A DNA stretch of 63,751 nucleotides, taken from Hydrolagus affinis (lineage: Eukaryota). The notes under the pieces were generated by a model. The model ran no database searches and was not told where the DNA came from. It saw only the letters and a list, made by a program, of their open reading frames with translations. The translations under genes and the position numbers were made by a program. Shown here piece by piece: positions 12,933 to 26,468 of the stretch (within the stretch, counting starts at the first letter, position 1; every line of letters starts with the position of its first letter). The stretch is taken from NCBI GenBank assembly GCA_012026655.1, contig JAAILG010000209.1, positions 62,001 to 125,751 on the forward strand, in the 5' to 3' direction.

Positions 12933-13520
<588 letters not shown>

Positions 13521-14559
13521 AATACTGAAAGCTGTCTGAGAAGTACATATGTCACATGCTGCCTCTACACATTACTGACTCACACACAGCCTCACTTAGA
13601 CTAGAGTCGCAGCCAACCGGCAGGCAGCTGCGAACACCCCCAAGAGTAGTCCAGATAAATAGTTTGACACGGACCAAGGAGAAGGAATCGTCTTGGAGTG
13701 GTTACGGTTTTGACTGCTGTCCACTTACAGCGCGCAAAAAAAGTAATACGGCAGATCCTTGACGGCTTAATTCTTTATGGTGTGTCGAACTCACTCGATC
13801 CGGGAAACACCTCTACGTTTGTACTAACGTTTGCTGCAGGATTATGCACACACAATCCGACCCGGTTGATCAATGTAGGAAAAACAAGATGCCCAAGAAG
13901 CATTGAGGGATGAGAAGACACGGGGTGAATAGGAAATCAGAATCCTTCTTTCCACCCATGCTCTTCACCAGCCAAGATTCAATTGAATTGTCTCTCTGCC
14001 ATCACTAAAACCACGAGAGAGCAGCCATTGGAAACATTGGTTTACCCAGCTGACATTTACTGTAGAAGAGTGCTGTGCTGTACGCAACAAGGCATCTTGT
14101 GCAGTTTAACTTTTATCACCAATTCTCACTTGCGAGGGGTTGGTAACTCGAGCTTTAGTTTCCCCCTGTCCTCAATCAAACGAACGAGGCGTCATTTTAT
14201 TTTAAGGGCTGGAAAATAAAACCAGAGCCCTTTGTTTATAAATGGATTTCGTATTTTTTCTCCTAATTACACACAAGTTCTTCGTGTAATTTGGCTGATG
14301 TGTTTTAACTCTCCCTGATGGAAGTCTGTGAAATCCCAGAGGACTAGCCATATGGGCCTTGCACTGAAGCATTCTAACAATGAATGATTTCATCCTGCAA
14401 AGAGCTTTTATGAAGTCGGGACTTCAAAATCCATGATATATTTCATCAGTTGCATTTTGTCTAATTAATGGTAAATCAATAATATATTCCAGATGCGCAA
14501 ATAAAAATCTTTCCTTATTTCCCTATTAAAATACTTCCTTATTATGTATGGCACCAGCC

Positions 14560-14678
14560 AGAGAGTTCAGGACAGGGCAGGGCAGTGGGGTTGAAAGTAT
14601 AATTTTCAGAGAGCTGGTGAAGGCACGGTTTGCCCAGACGGCCTCCTTCTACGCTGTAAATTTCTATGGATTCTATGT
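14560..14678 (+). mobile_element. CR1 3' tail fragment
   Basis: GAGAGCTGG..GGCCTCCTTCTACGCTGTAAATTTCTATGGATTCTATG. Confidence 0.6.
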
Positions 14679-14682
14679 CTCA

Positions 14683-14892
14683 CAAGTAGCCATGAAGTGA
14701 ATGACTAAATTCATCCGAGGCATTGTTGGCCAGGACACTGGGAGAAAACTCCCTTGTCTTTTCAAATTACGCCACGGGATCTTTGACTTTCACCCGAACA
14801 GGCAGACAAGACCTTGGTTTAATATCTCATCGAAAGATGGTACTTCCGGCCATGGATTACTCCCCGCAGCATTGCTTTGAAGTGTCAGCCTA
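14683..14892 (-). mobile_element. Old DeuSINE body (SacSINE1/AmnSINE1-like)
   Basis: TTGGCCAGGACACTGGGAGAAAACTCCC..GCCACGGGATCTTTGACTTTCACCCGAACAGGCAGAC..CTTGGTTTAATATCTCATCGAAAGA..GTGTCAGCCTA resembles the reverse complement of the Deu central domain. Confidence 0.75.
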
Positions 14893-15697
14893 TACTACAA
14901 GCAAAGGAAAGCCTTTATAGGCATGGGTTATAACTATATCACTATGTTCAAGCACATCCCTATGCTGCATCAGCAGACATTCCCTGTTAAACTGATAGAA
15001 TAATCTTGTTACCTATTTGGTTACATTTTTAAGGCACACTCTCTACTCTCTATTCCTTTTACTGTCAAAAATCTATATTGCACTGGTGGCTAAAAATAGT
15101 GATCTTTACGCTGCACCTTTGTAATGGGAATTCCCATTGTCTCAGTCTCTCTTACCCTAAAATCCCAGTAGAGATTGCACTCAGTTAAATTCCAAATGAT
15201 CTGAACTGAATACAAGCTTCTGGGATTTCTCAGAATATTGTCCACATTCAGCTGAGCACAAGAGGATATTAAATTACCAGCCTGATTCATGTATTCAGTT
15301 TTTCTTTCCTGTTGAAAATGTCAGGAGATTTGTGTCAGCCATTTATGCCGATGTGATGCAAACCTCTTGTTAAGCAAACCCAGGCCAATTGGGAGGCCAG
15401 AAGGTGGGAGATTTATTTCGCTTGCTGTTTACTCCTGATTATTTGCTTTAAATTGATTGAGATTAATTAAGCCTGGAAATATCCGTTTCACCCACAAAAT
15501 ACACAATCAATCCACTTTACAGTGTATCCTGTGAAGTGTGTTGATGGCTCAACGATGTGATCAGGTGCTATATCAAAATATAGTACTACATTATTATTAT
15601 CCATCCAATGGTAGACGTGTGTTTGAGTAATCCGTGCATTTGCATTTAGTATAAACCCTCATCTCATCTCAAAGTGCTGCCCAGGTTTTATTGCAAA

Positions 15698-16052
15698 ATA
15701 ATAGTAATAATAATAAGAATCCTTGCATTTGATATAGCACTTCTCGGCGTCTCAAAGTGCTGAAATGCCTTTATTTGTAGGTGAACCATGGCAGGCCAAT
15801 TCACACACAGTGAGTTCGAAGGACACTGGGCTAGACTCGGTTCTCTTTTTGATTGGTGCCTTGGGATCCATAAGGTTCACGTGAACAGGTAGAATTTTGG
15901 TTCGACATCTCATTCAAAGGACAGCGTCTCAACAATACAACAGCCCCAGCAATGCATTGGAGTGTCAACCTAGACATGAACTCAAGATCCAACATGTGAC
16001 TTAACCCGACCAGCTTGTGACTCAGTGGTGAGAGTGCTCCCACCTGAGCCAA
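15698..16052 (-). mobile_element. Old DeuSINE (SacSINE1-like), degraded, head to tail
   Basis: Tail (AAT)n-CCTTGCATTTGATATAG, central GACATCTCATTCAAAGGACAGC..GGAGTGTCAACCTAGA, head GTGACTCAG..GAGAGTGCT..CTGAGCCA. A plus-strand SINE tail lies just upstream at ~15485-15600. Confidence 0.65.
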
Positions 16053-17499
16053 ATACAGCAACAATGCATACCGTAGCCTCTCAATTTATTCTGTTGCAAA
16101 ACAGAGCAAAGAACAAACAAGGAACAACGTTTAAAATCATGTTCACAATTTTCACTCTGATGCCTAACTATGTCTGATGTGCATAAGTTGCAAACACAGC
16201 ACTGCGTACCAAAAAATAACGTTCAGAGACTCAGAAAAGAGCTGAATAGAAATTGGTCCCAAAATACAATAATATGCAATATAATCTCCACCATAGCCCA
16301 ATGGAAGACTATGCAGCCATTAGTCTTGAGATTAGTTGTGATTCTAACACATTTTGCAATCATGCAAACTTTTGAATGCCGTAGTAATTCTTTTGAAAAA
16401 GAGATGGCCGTCTTTATTGGTAAAGCTTTGTTTGAAAGCGCACAAGAGCGTGATACATTCTGTAGTTATATATTTTTTCAAATAATTTAATCTTCTCTTC
16501 AGCTGAAGCAGCATCAGTCAAGCAAACGGCATTATGTAAAATTAACCAATTAGTGGACTGAATTAATAAATCTCAATGTAAAATTGAATTGGGAAACTTG
16601 TCATTCTGCGGAAAGGCACTGAAAATTAAGTTTAATGAATGACACAATTCTACAATTTAAAAGCAGGAAAAACAATTACTTTACGGCCTGCAAATATATT
16701 GATCTGCATATGATATACTGCTTAATCTCAAATTCGATTGGAAATGGTTCTTACAGTTAATGAGAGGCACTGCAGAATTTTTTTATCTTGCATGCCAACA
16801 TTTGAAAGCAATTGAACAATTACGAACATTACTTCCTCTGTACAAAAAATTATAATTGTACACATCAAACAATACAATTGTTATTCATAATTATTCTGAG
16901 GACAATGGCACATTTATCAGAACTGACTGACCCTTGGCTTTCGAATACGTTCCAGTTATGTTACTTAGAAAGTTGTCCAAAGTGGGCTTTTCGTACCAAT
17001 GCCCCTTAATAACAGTCACCGGGCTCCAGTATTTCAAGCCTGTGTCACAGATGACCACCAAAAGTGGACCGACTTCTGATTCATCAGGTCATCACTGAGC
17101 TCACTTCCTATGTGCTCTGCATACAGACTGTGCCATTTCCTCTGTGAGAATACTGGTTATGATGTCTCAAACTCCTTTAGAGAATTAGCACATTCCTAGT
17201 TCTCTCTTAAACTATTTTAATGTTTTACCACCAGTATACAAACAGCAGAAACTATCCATTTGGGATTTTTTTTCAGTTTGAGTTTTGCCACGGCTTCAGA
17301 GAAAGTAATCTGTTAGCAGATTCTGTTAAGAAATACTACAAATCAGATCTCCATCTGGTTAATTGGATGAAATATACCAGTAGAAAATAAACAAAACAAT
17401 TTATACAGCTTATTTTAGTGTATATCATATTTATTTAAATAATGATTGATATATAACTCCAGTGTACTGGGATACCGCTGGGTGTTAACCAGCCCAAAC

Positions 17500-18486
17500 C
17501 ACAGGTATGGGGTTAACGTCCACATGTATGCGGATGACACCCAACTCTATCTCTCTGCCTCTACCCTCGACTCTAGGACTACCACTGTCCTGACAGACTG
17601 TCTGTCAGACATCAAGTCCTGGATGAGAGCTAACTTTCTACAGTTGAACGTCAACAAGACAGAGGCCCTCCTGATTGACTCACGCCAACGCTGCCTTGCA
17701 CCAGGCGCTGGCTGCATCAACCTCCATGGTTGCTCACTCAACCTCATCAAGCCAGTCAGTAACCTGGGTGTATTGTTCGACCCTCAACTGTCTTTCCTCC
17801 CTTACATCAAAGCAATGACTCGCTCTGTCTTTCCCCATCTCCGTAACATTTCCGACTCTGTCATTACCTCACCCCTAAAGCCGCTGAAACTCTCATCCAC
17901 GCCTTCACTACATCCCAGCTCGATTATGCAAATATCTTGCTGGTCGGCCTCCCCAATTGCTCCCTCCACAGGCTGCAGTTAATCTAAAACTCTGCGGCCC
18001 GTGTCCTCTACCGTTCCAATTTAGTGACTCCATCTCCCCATCTTTGCCCGACTCCATTGGCTCCCCATCATCCAGAGGAATCCAATTCAAAATCCTGGTC
18101 CTCATATATAAAGCCCTCCGCAATCTCGCCCCACCCTACATCCGTGACCTCCTATCCCTTTACCAACCTGCCCTCCCACCTCCGCTCAGCAGACTCTGGC
18201 CTGCTCCATGTCCCCCGACCCACTCGCCCAACCATTGGCAGACGAGTTTTCAGTCACTCTGCCCCCAACATCTGGAAATGCATCCCGAAGTCCCTCCACC
18301 TCGCCCCCTCCCTGGCTTCTTTCAAGTCTCGCCTCAAGACTCTCCTCTTCGATGATCCCATTGGCGAATCCTTCCCCCACCACCCCTGTCGTCCTTAGCT
18401 CGGGTCTAAAGCAGTAACCTATCCAGTGCCTTGGGACATCCTCCTGACGTGAAAGGCATTATACAAATGTAATTTTGTTGTTGTTG
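17500..18486 (+). mobile_element. L2-clade LINE, 5'-truncated and frameshifted
   Basis: [78 protein letters not shown]. The tail is CTTGGGACATCCTCCTGACGTGAAAGGC..ACAAATGTAATTTTGTTGTTGTTG. Confidence 0.95.
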
Positions 18487-20412
18487 TATCAAACACCCAG
18501 CTGCCCAATACAATTTATAAATGAAATAAGATACTGCTTTTGAATGATAGAAGCAGAACTGACCAAGAATCACAATAAATGAAAGCAGGGAAAACTGAAA
18601 TGGAAATAAAGAATGAAAAGATCTGTAAGTTTGTTGTATGTTCACTCGAGAGAAAGAAAAATCAGGAGAAACCACATGAACCTAATGTGAAAATATCCAG
18701 AGGAGCAGGAAGCTATTCAATCACATATATACATACAGTACACTGCATATAAAAGAAACTCATACTTTAGATTATGGTGCACAAATTGATTGTTCGAACA
18801 TCAAGTCATAAGTACAGAAATTTAATTGCAATTTAATTTTGCAATTGCAAAAGAGTAAGAGAGTCAAATGAGCAAGGTCACCAGTTACACTGAAACAAAG
18901 GCAAAATCTGAGAGTAAATGTATTAAGGGATACAAGAGATTGAGGCATGTAGCATTCTTGTTAATCTACAAAGGGTGTTTGTAGCCCTGTTCTGCCTTGT
19001 TCCTATGTTAAAAACGTTTTGTATTTTAAGATCGAATACTCCATTTCATAGAAGCTGCAATGTAAAGAAGCACAGTAGGAATCAATCAATACCTTTTCAC
19101 TACTGAAGTACATTCCAAGATTCCCTGCAATAACAAAAGTATAATAACATGAAAATCCAAATTCTCCTGTGTTAATATGTAATGGTGAGAATCATACTTC
19201 ACACAGTGTGATATCCATTGCTCATACAATGAGGTGATTTAATTTCTGTGGAGCAGTTATGAATCCAACCAAGACTGTAACACTAAAAAAAGGGTGAAAA
19301 ATGCTTGAATTGAACATTTAAATTGGTCAAAGTAAATCTTTTACTCACAAAACCTGTAAATCAATTGTAAGATATACTGTTAAGAGTATAGACAAGGAAC
19401 AGATTGGAGGAAATACATCAATGTTAACTGGATGTTGGCCAGGACTCTTTCAGCTTTTGAGGATGTAATATTTAATCTCCAGGTGGAATCCTTCACCTCT
19501 GTGCAGAAAATAATAATATTTAACAATGCATTAAGTCAAATCCTGTGGTTACTATTCACGGGAAAGATCACTTTTGCTATGAATAGAAAGTGTTATCAGC
19601 AAAAACAAACCTAAAAACTGCACTTGCTACTTGTCATATACCCTTGGGCTAAAAGTCACAGCTTATGGAGTGAATATATCAGCAGGCAATGTTTCAAACT
19701 GAGCAAAATCAGAGGGTAATTGTCTTCTGTACTCTACTTCTGTCCACTAAGAATGATTTAGCAGTCGCCAGCTCAAACTATTTGTAAATGTGTGACTACT
19801 TTCCAGTCAATTGATTTCAATACAGCAATCAAATACCGATTAGCAGAATTTGATGTACTGCTCCATTCAATGTATAACTCACATTCATGGTGTAATGCGA
19901 AAAACCTTCGCATACGACAAACATTGTACATGCAAAGGAAACATTTTGTTACCAATGTAATATCACAACACAAAGAAGAGCAGAGCCACAATATCTGCAG
20001 TACTCAGTCGTGTGCAATTTTCATTGTGTAAAAGTTCCTTATTCTCACCTGCTGGATCCTAAGGGCAGTGCCTGCACACAAAGCCTTCTCTAGTTTGCCA
20101 ACATTTTGGTAATGTACACAGGTCAGCACAATGATGGCAAAGTGGTTTAAAGCTCTAACAAGCTTAATTATTTATCTATTGTATCAGTAATCACATGCTA
20201 GGAGACCACTAATCCTCTGATCAAGTAACAGCAGCAACTGTTTTAAACAGTCAATGTTGAATTCAAATCCATCAATACCATTTGAGAGATTGTAAATGTG
20301 TCCACAATTGTGCCCATTCTAAACTGTTAGTGGAAGCATCTGCACTGATTTTTCTTCGCCCAGGCATCGTGTCGCAGATTTTAAGGCCAAAAGAGCTTGC
20401 AGAAGAGCGTGT

Positions 20413-20625
20413 ACAACAACCACAAAATTACACTTGTAAAGCGCCTTTCACGTCAGGAGGACGTTCTAGGGTGCTGGTCGGTTATTGTTTCAGACCCAAG
20501 CTGGGAGGGTGGAGCGAAAGGAGGGAATTTGGGGTGACCGATGCAACCGTCGAAGAGGAGGATCTTGAGTTGGGGACTTCTGGATGGAGTTCCACAGGTT
20601 GGGAGCAGAGTGGCTGAAGGCTACT
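20413..20625 (-). mobile_element. L2 3' end fragment
   Basis: Reverse complement of the type-B L2 tail plus upstream GAAGAGGAGGATCTTGAG..TTCCACAGGTTGGGAGCAGAGTGGCTGAAGGC. Confidence 0.8.
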
Positions 20626-20880
20626 CAGAAGTGTACAATGATGTGTGGCAGTGAACAAGATATTTACAAAGATGAAATGAAGTGTTTTAAGTCCAGGCTT
20701 GACAATCCTACTACCAGTGGCAAGATCTCTTGCACAATACTACGCAGATTTACTTGTTTGAGTGCGTCATTTATTTAGAAAATGAACTAAGATAATATGA
20801 TTACAAACACTTTTCTGACTTTACATTACAATACAAAGTACTGTATCACAACTTTACAAGTTATTCTTCCAGATCTTATT

Positions 20881-21172
20881 AATAATAATAATCCCTGCAT
20901 TTGATATAGCGCTTTTCACGTATTCTAGACATCTCAAAGTTCTTCACAGGATATGCTGTAAAGTGAATTGACTGTATATCTGTGGGCAAAAAGTGGCAGC
21001 CAATTACGCACAGCAGTGTCCCACAAGCAGTCGTTGTTGTTGCTTTTCTTCAGGAATTATTATCAGGCATGTGGAGTAAGGAAACTTGCCCAAGGTTTCG
21101 CCCTTCCTGGAATCTAACCCAGGTCTCTCACTTGAAAGGTGAGTGCTCCAACCACTGAGCTACAGGACTCCA
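20881..21172 (-). mobile_element. Young tRNA-derived Deu SINE, near full length
   Basis: Head TGGAGTCCTGTAGCTCAGTGG, Deu segment and (ATT)n tail on the minus strand. Confidence 0.9.
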
Positions 21173-22274
21173 TATCATATTATGATGCAAAGTGCAAGTT
21201 GTGAAATCTATTAGTGCTTTTCAATCCTCAAAAGGTTAATCTCCATTTCTCTGTGGCTTCAATGTGATTAGTGAACAAATTCCATCACTTATACATAATC
21301 TGGTTTGTATGGCTTTTCTGTATGGTTATAAACTATTGGCATATTGCTGCTGCCATTTTTCCTCTCGTAAACAGTCAAATAGATCTCTGTATGTACATGC
21401 CAGATTGAGGTCTGACTTAAGTACATTGGTGTACTCATTGTTTTCATTTATAATGGGATATCTTCATCATTATTCATGAAAACTCATTCACAGGAGACTT
21501 CCACCAAAGCCTTCTATAATTAAAGTTACAGTATTATGTGTCCAAAGACTGCAATCTTTTGAAAGAACTGTTTCCGTAAATAGTTCTATTAGGTGCAGTG
21601 ACGGGAGAAGGACTCTTACATAATATACACTTGTAAAGAGGTCAAAATTCTGCAGGCCAGATGTTGAACGAGTTAATGTCGGTTTGTGAGGAGCATTATG
21701 CCAATTTCATTTGTGCTCAAACATTCCAGGAAACGAGGACATCTTTCCTAGAAACATACAGCAAGTGAGAAGCAGGACTAGTTAGTGAGATTATCAATTC
21801 CTTGACACCTAGGAACAGCGCAAGTGGAGAACCTTGTCTTCAAGGCTGAAGCACAGAGCTTCAACTCGTCCCATTATTTAACAAATGATTGGAATTGGGG
21901 CATGCTCTGTTACTCTCACAAGCCGTGCCTTTACCCGAAGAGTTACACCACCAGACCAGCCTTGTCAATCTCCCACACTGTAGCACTGAACAGTAGAATA
22001 GTTAGAAAACCTCACCACAATGTCATGGTGTCAGAGATGTTTTATTCCATGTCCAACCACAGGACAAGATTATCTTTGAGCTCTTTGAGACATCTCGAAG
22101 ACATGATAATTCTCTATATTCAAATGCAAGGATTACTATTATTATTATCTCTTAAAGACGCAACATTTTGGCTATCAGTGAAAAGTATAGAAAAAATATA
22201 CATACAAAGAACTTGCATATATGAATATCTTATAAGTTATGTACTAAACTTTAAATCTTGTTGTAAAGATAACA

Positions 22275-22578
22275 GGAGACCTGTAGCTCAGTGGTTAGAG
22301 CACTCGCCTCGGAAGCGAGAGACCTGGGATCAATTCTTGACAGGACGAAACTGCAGGCAAGTTTTTTTTTAGTCCACATGCCCCAAGAAAAAAAATTGCT
22401 CATTTCAATCCACGACTGTTTATGGGAAATTGCTGTGCACAATTGGCTGCCGCGATTCGCCCACAAATATACAGTCTTTACAGTATATTCTGTCTTTACA
22501 GTCTTTACACACTTTACAGTATATTCTGTCTAGGAGACGTGAAAAGCGCTGCATCAAATGCAAGTTTTTTTTCATTAT
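22275..22578 (+). mobile_element. Young tRNA-derived Deu SINE with a rearranged 3' region
   Basis: Head GGAGACCTGTAGCTCAGTGGTTAGAGCACTCGCC, Deu segment, then iterated CTTTACAG units before the tail. A separate degraded tail lies at ~22075-22147. Confidence 0.9.
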
Positions 22579-24497
22579 AACAGTACATTGGTGCCCAAAT
22601 AAAAATAACTAGTGTAATTGCTACCCTTGTACCCGAATGCATACTTCACTAAACAAAGTGTAATCATTGAATAAATGTTACACAGATGCACTGATGCATA
22701 AAATGACCCAAAAAATGACCACAGGCATTCAGAAATCTGCAGCAATTCTTCAAAAGTGAAGTTCCTTTGTCTTCATGAACATCTGAAGGACAATTTTTTT
22801 TAATTTTTTTTTAGGTACCGCATCCTTTCCTACAGAGTTTTAGCAATGACCAACTGTCTTTCCAAGTCATTTTTCAAGTTGCTGTAATCATGAACTCACA
22901 GCACACAGAACTATATTTGGGTCTCAGACACATAGCTATGGTTGAAGTCCGCAACATCTGAAAATAAAACCATTATTTCGGTTAGAGGAACATATGTAAT
23001 CGAAAGTACCCCCTCCCCAATCCAACAGATTGGTTCCTTCTATCACAGGATAACATGCTTATCCTGAAAATCTGCTCTCGTCCTAATGAGGTCAAAAATA
23101 ACAGAAACCATGAAAGAAACTAATAGTCTTATTGACATTACCTATCATTGGTGGCCAATTAAGGTTTTCACGTTGTTAGTGGTTTTTTTAACATCCTAGA
23201 AAAAAGGCCTATGAAATTGCACTTGAAATTTAAGACCGGTGACTTGATTTTAATCTCTGATTTCCATCATTAACTCCGTTAATTCTACCTTTGTGTCAAT
23301 TCACGATCGTATATTTTTAGTTGGGCTCACATGACTACGAACCATGTTCAGCTGCATCTGCAAATATGGGCAGTCAGGAAACAGTGCCTGTGAAAGCAGT
23401 GTTTTCAATTCATGAAGTGCTTTCAATTGATGTTCTCCTGGCCTGTGAAACCAAGTTAATATTGCAGCAGCTGCTCCTAATGGACATAATTTTCTATTGC
23501 CGGATTCAGGATAATGGAAAAGAAACCTGCCTTAGCTCTGCGAGATGTAGGTGCTTACTGACACCATTCCTTTGCTTTGTCACCCATCATGGGAGGGCTA
23601 TTGCTGAACTTCATTTACTGCAATAAAAATTCATAAAAGCGGATGATAATTCAGTTTTTTTTTCCTGTTTACTGATAATGTTAAGTGAAAGTTATATCTC
23701 TTTGCAGAAACGTAGGTTCATGAGGAATTGATCAATAAATCTAAGCTATAAACAGCCCAGCATTTATTTTCAAGGCCCTGACCTCCTTCTTCCACGGAAC
23801 TTCGGATAATAATTTGCTGAAAGAAAAGCTATGAACAGCAACGCCTTAGTAACCAATAGCAAAGAGCCAAAGGTTATGCAGAGAAGCAACCAGTTATCTG
23901 CCGAAAAAGAAACTAAGGCACAAGAAATAGCTGGCAATAAACAGCTGGTAATCTTTCATGTTGCTGTATGAATGGATATCAACATATGGTAAATACGATG
24001 TCTGAGGAATCTCAGATACATTGCTCACTATCAATACTAAAGGCAATCTATGCTCAGATCACATTGTTAACCCCTTCAAGGCTTTCTGCAACTTAAATTC
24101 TGAAGTAAAACGATCGTTCGTGTAATAGTTCAGGAAAGAAGTGCCTGGTAGTTCATGAATTTTCCTGCAATTTAATCTTATTTCGTTGGCATTTGGAGAA
24201 TACAATCCTTGAAAACAACAGCCTAGATTATCTCCTTAGGTGAATAATCAGCATCTATTTTATTTGTTTTAAATGTCAGTAATGACGTTCCCGCCAGTGA
24301 GCCAGTGGGTAAAACCAACATCAAATATGTCACTAGTGACATACAGACAAACCCACAAAGTCTTGTGTTGAATTGAACATAGGTGCTCAGTCAGCTATTC
24401 TCTGAAGAAGCAACAATTGAGATGCTACAATTGGCTTCACACAGTTGTCTGTCCAGCTGGGTTCAGCCTAACAATTTGGGTGTTGCCTTGCTGGGAA

Positions 24498-24624
24498 ACA
24501 AGGGAGATCCAAGAAAGAGATATGGGGTAAAGGTGGGCAATTGTAGATGAGGTACAGATCAGCCGTGATCTAATAGAATGGCGGAACTGGCTCGAGGTGC
24601 TGAATGGCCCACTCCTGTTCCTAA
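24498..24624 (+). mobile_element. CR1 3' tail (HER1-like)
   Basis: GAGGTACAGATCAGCCGTGATCTAATAGAATGGCGGAACTGGCTCGAGG..GAATGGCC..CTCCTGTTCCTA; same family as 4461-4608. Confidence 0.8.
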
Positions 24625-24767
24625 GGAGCAGAAATAATCCCAAGCCACCAAGATATGTCTAAGATATGTCAACCCCTCCGGGATCCACCGGTGGATCAGA
24701 CAGGCTATGTCAATCATCAATAGTGTTCAGGAGCACCGTGGACCTGCCTATCTCAGCTAGATCATCA

Positions 24768-24833
24768 TCAACAACAACAGCAACAACTTTGATTTATGTA
24801 GCGCCCTCCACGCCGGATGGCATCTCAGAGCGC
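24768..24833 (-). mobile_element. L2 3' tail (type of 1-1363)
   Basis: CAACAACTTTGATTTATGTAGCGCCCTCCACGCCGGATGGCATCTCAGAGCGC is the reverse complement of 1305-1362. Confidence 0.85.
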
Positions 24834-25021
24834 ATCAAGTGCTCAATTGAGAGGCGACTCAAACTCCCTTCACTAGCAGAGTCTCAATAGAGCCAGTTTC
24901 ACATTCCCCCAAGAGGGAATGTTGGTCATGTCACATTCCCCCAAGTTGGTCATTTATGTGTTCTGGCTTCTCTACTGTGCAGTGTATTGAAATTCTAACC
25001 TGCTGAGTTTTCAACAAAAGC

Positions 25022-25060
<39 letters not shown>
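25022..25060. repeat. Compound microsatellite (AT)n(GT)12(AT)n
   Basis: Read directly from the sequence. Confidence 0.9.
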
Positions 25061-26357
25061 CACATCATCTCCACCGACTGAGCGATCGATTTGGATGTCA
25101 GAGGCGAAAGCGGAATTCATTTATTCCTCTAACAATAAACCTCTGATGCCCTCTTTGGTAAGTTGTGTCAAGGTATGACTGCCATTGAATCGCAAGGTGT
25201 GAGGTGGTCCTTTGTGGTTGAGGATGACCCCACAACATCGGCCTTCGCTCCACAGAGTTGCAGAAGTGCCCCTCCATTTTGTCTAAGGGCACACATTGGC
25301 ATCAAAGGCAATTGTGCAAAAATCTCCCAGCCAAGGAAAGTAGCAGAGCAGTGCAGCACGTCAATGATAATCTATTGGGCAAAAGTAAAGTAAAAAATAT
25401 TGACGATACAAAAATCTAATGCATTTTTGGATAGGTTACATAGAGTGTAATATTAATGCCTGAGCTTCATTTGAAATGTTGCTGTGAAATATTACCAGAC
25501 AAGATTATTCACACCAATGCATAAATACTGCATGAAATTAGGTCCCAGTGAAAGAGGGCTATTTTGACATCTAAAGTAGTACATTAACATGTCTGAATAC
25601 TGAAAGCATCGTTTAAGAAAGAACATATAGAATTTCAAAAAGGAATTTGTTTGCTCTCAATGTCCACCAATTTACAAATTACGTCTGCTTATGTTATACA
25701 TTTGTTTCTCCAGTCTCCCTAAGGGTAAACATTGCTGCTAATTTAGTTATGAATATAGTCTAGCATGCTGATTACATTGATAGCAAATTAGATTGCTCCA
25801 ACAAATTAAAATTTCTATTTTTGTTAGAAATGAATTTACCTACAAAATATGTTCAACTATGAAATACACAGTTGCTACATATTCCACTGAATTCACTTAG
25901 CACTAGTCCTCCCAACGTGAAACACAATGCACAATATCAATTGCAAGGATTATAATTTTATATTTAAATTACCTAGACAGGTACACTCATAGGAGGACTG
26001 ATAAATACAATATCACTGAGAATGCACATAGTTGCATTCTCCTCCTCCAAGATATTTTCATTATTTCTTGCATCAAAAATTGCTTTAACATGATATTTTA
26101 TTTAAGTGACAGCTCTAATTTGCTTATCAATCGAATTCAAGGCACACATTTTAATTTCAATCTCATCCGAATTTTTTTTTAACTGTCCATGGTTTATTAA
26201 CAATGGAACAGTTTTAATCAAGGTAATATTTATATATATATCAATTTAATCTTACTGATATATCTGAGATACCAATTCCAGTTATACTTTGCCCCGATAT
26301 CAGAACAGTAACAAGGTGAAGGTTAGCTTTCCTCTAAATAATGTTTGTTGTTCCACC

Positions 26358-26468
26358 ATTCGCCAACAAATATACAGTCAATTCACTTGACAGCACATTC
26401 TGTGAAGCGCTTTGAGACATTTAGAAATCGTGAAAAGCGCTATATCAAATGCAAAGATTATTATTATT
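26358..26468 (+). mobile_element. 5'-truncated young SINE (tail)
   Basis: TACAGTCAATTCACTT..CTGTGAAGCGCTTTGAGAC..GTGAAAAGCGCTATATCAAATGCAAAGATTATTATT. Similar tail-only pieces lie at ~33890-33962(-), 35110-35245(-), 36985-37100(+), 37990-38225(-), 39210-39330(-), 46003-46048(-) and 59705-59826(-). Confidence 0.85.

Noticed and set aside
21824-22372. 182-aa ORF
   Set aside because: GTG start, runs through a SINE tail and a SINE head, and has no recognisable domain.
24682-24697. Perfect 16-bp palindrome GATCCACCGGTGGATC
   Set aside because: About one such palindrome is expected by chance in 64 kb.
24725-24750. REST/NRSE-like AGCACCGTGGAC (also a half-site GGTGCTGAA near 45160)
   Set aside because: Lacks the TTC and AG positions of the canonical RE1; too degenerate to call.
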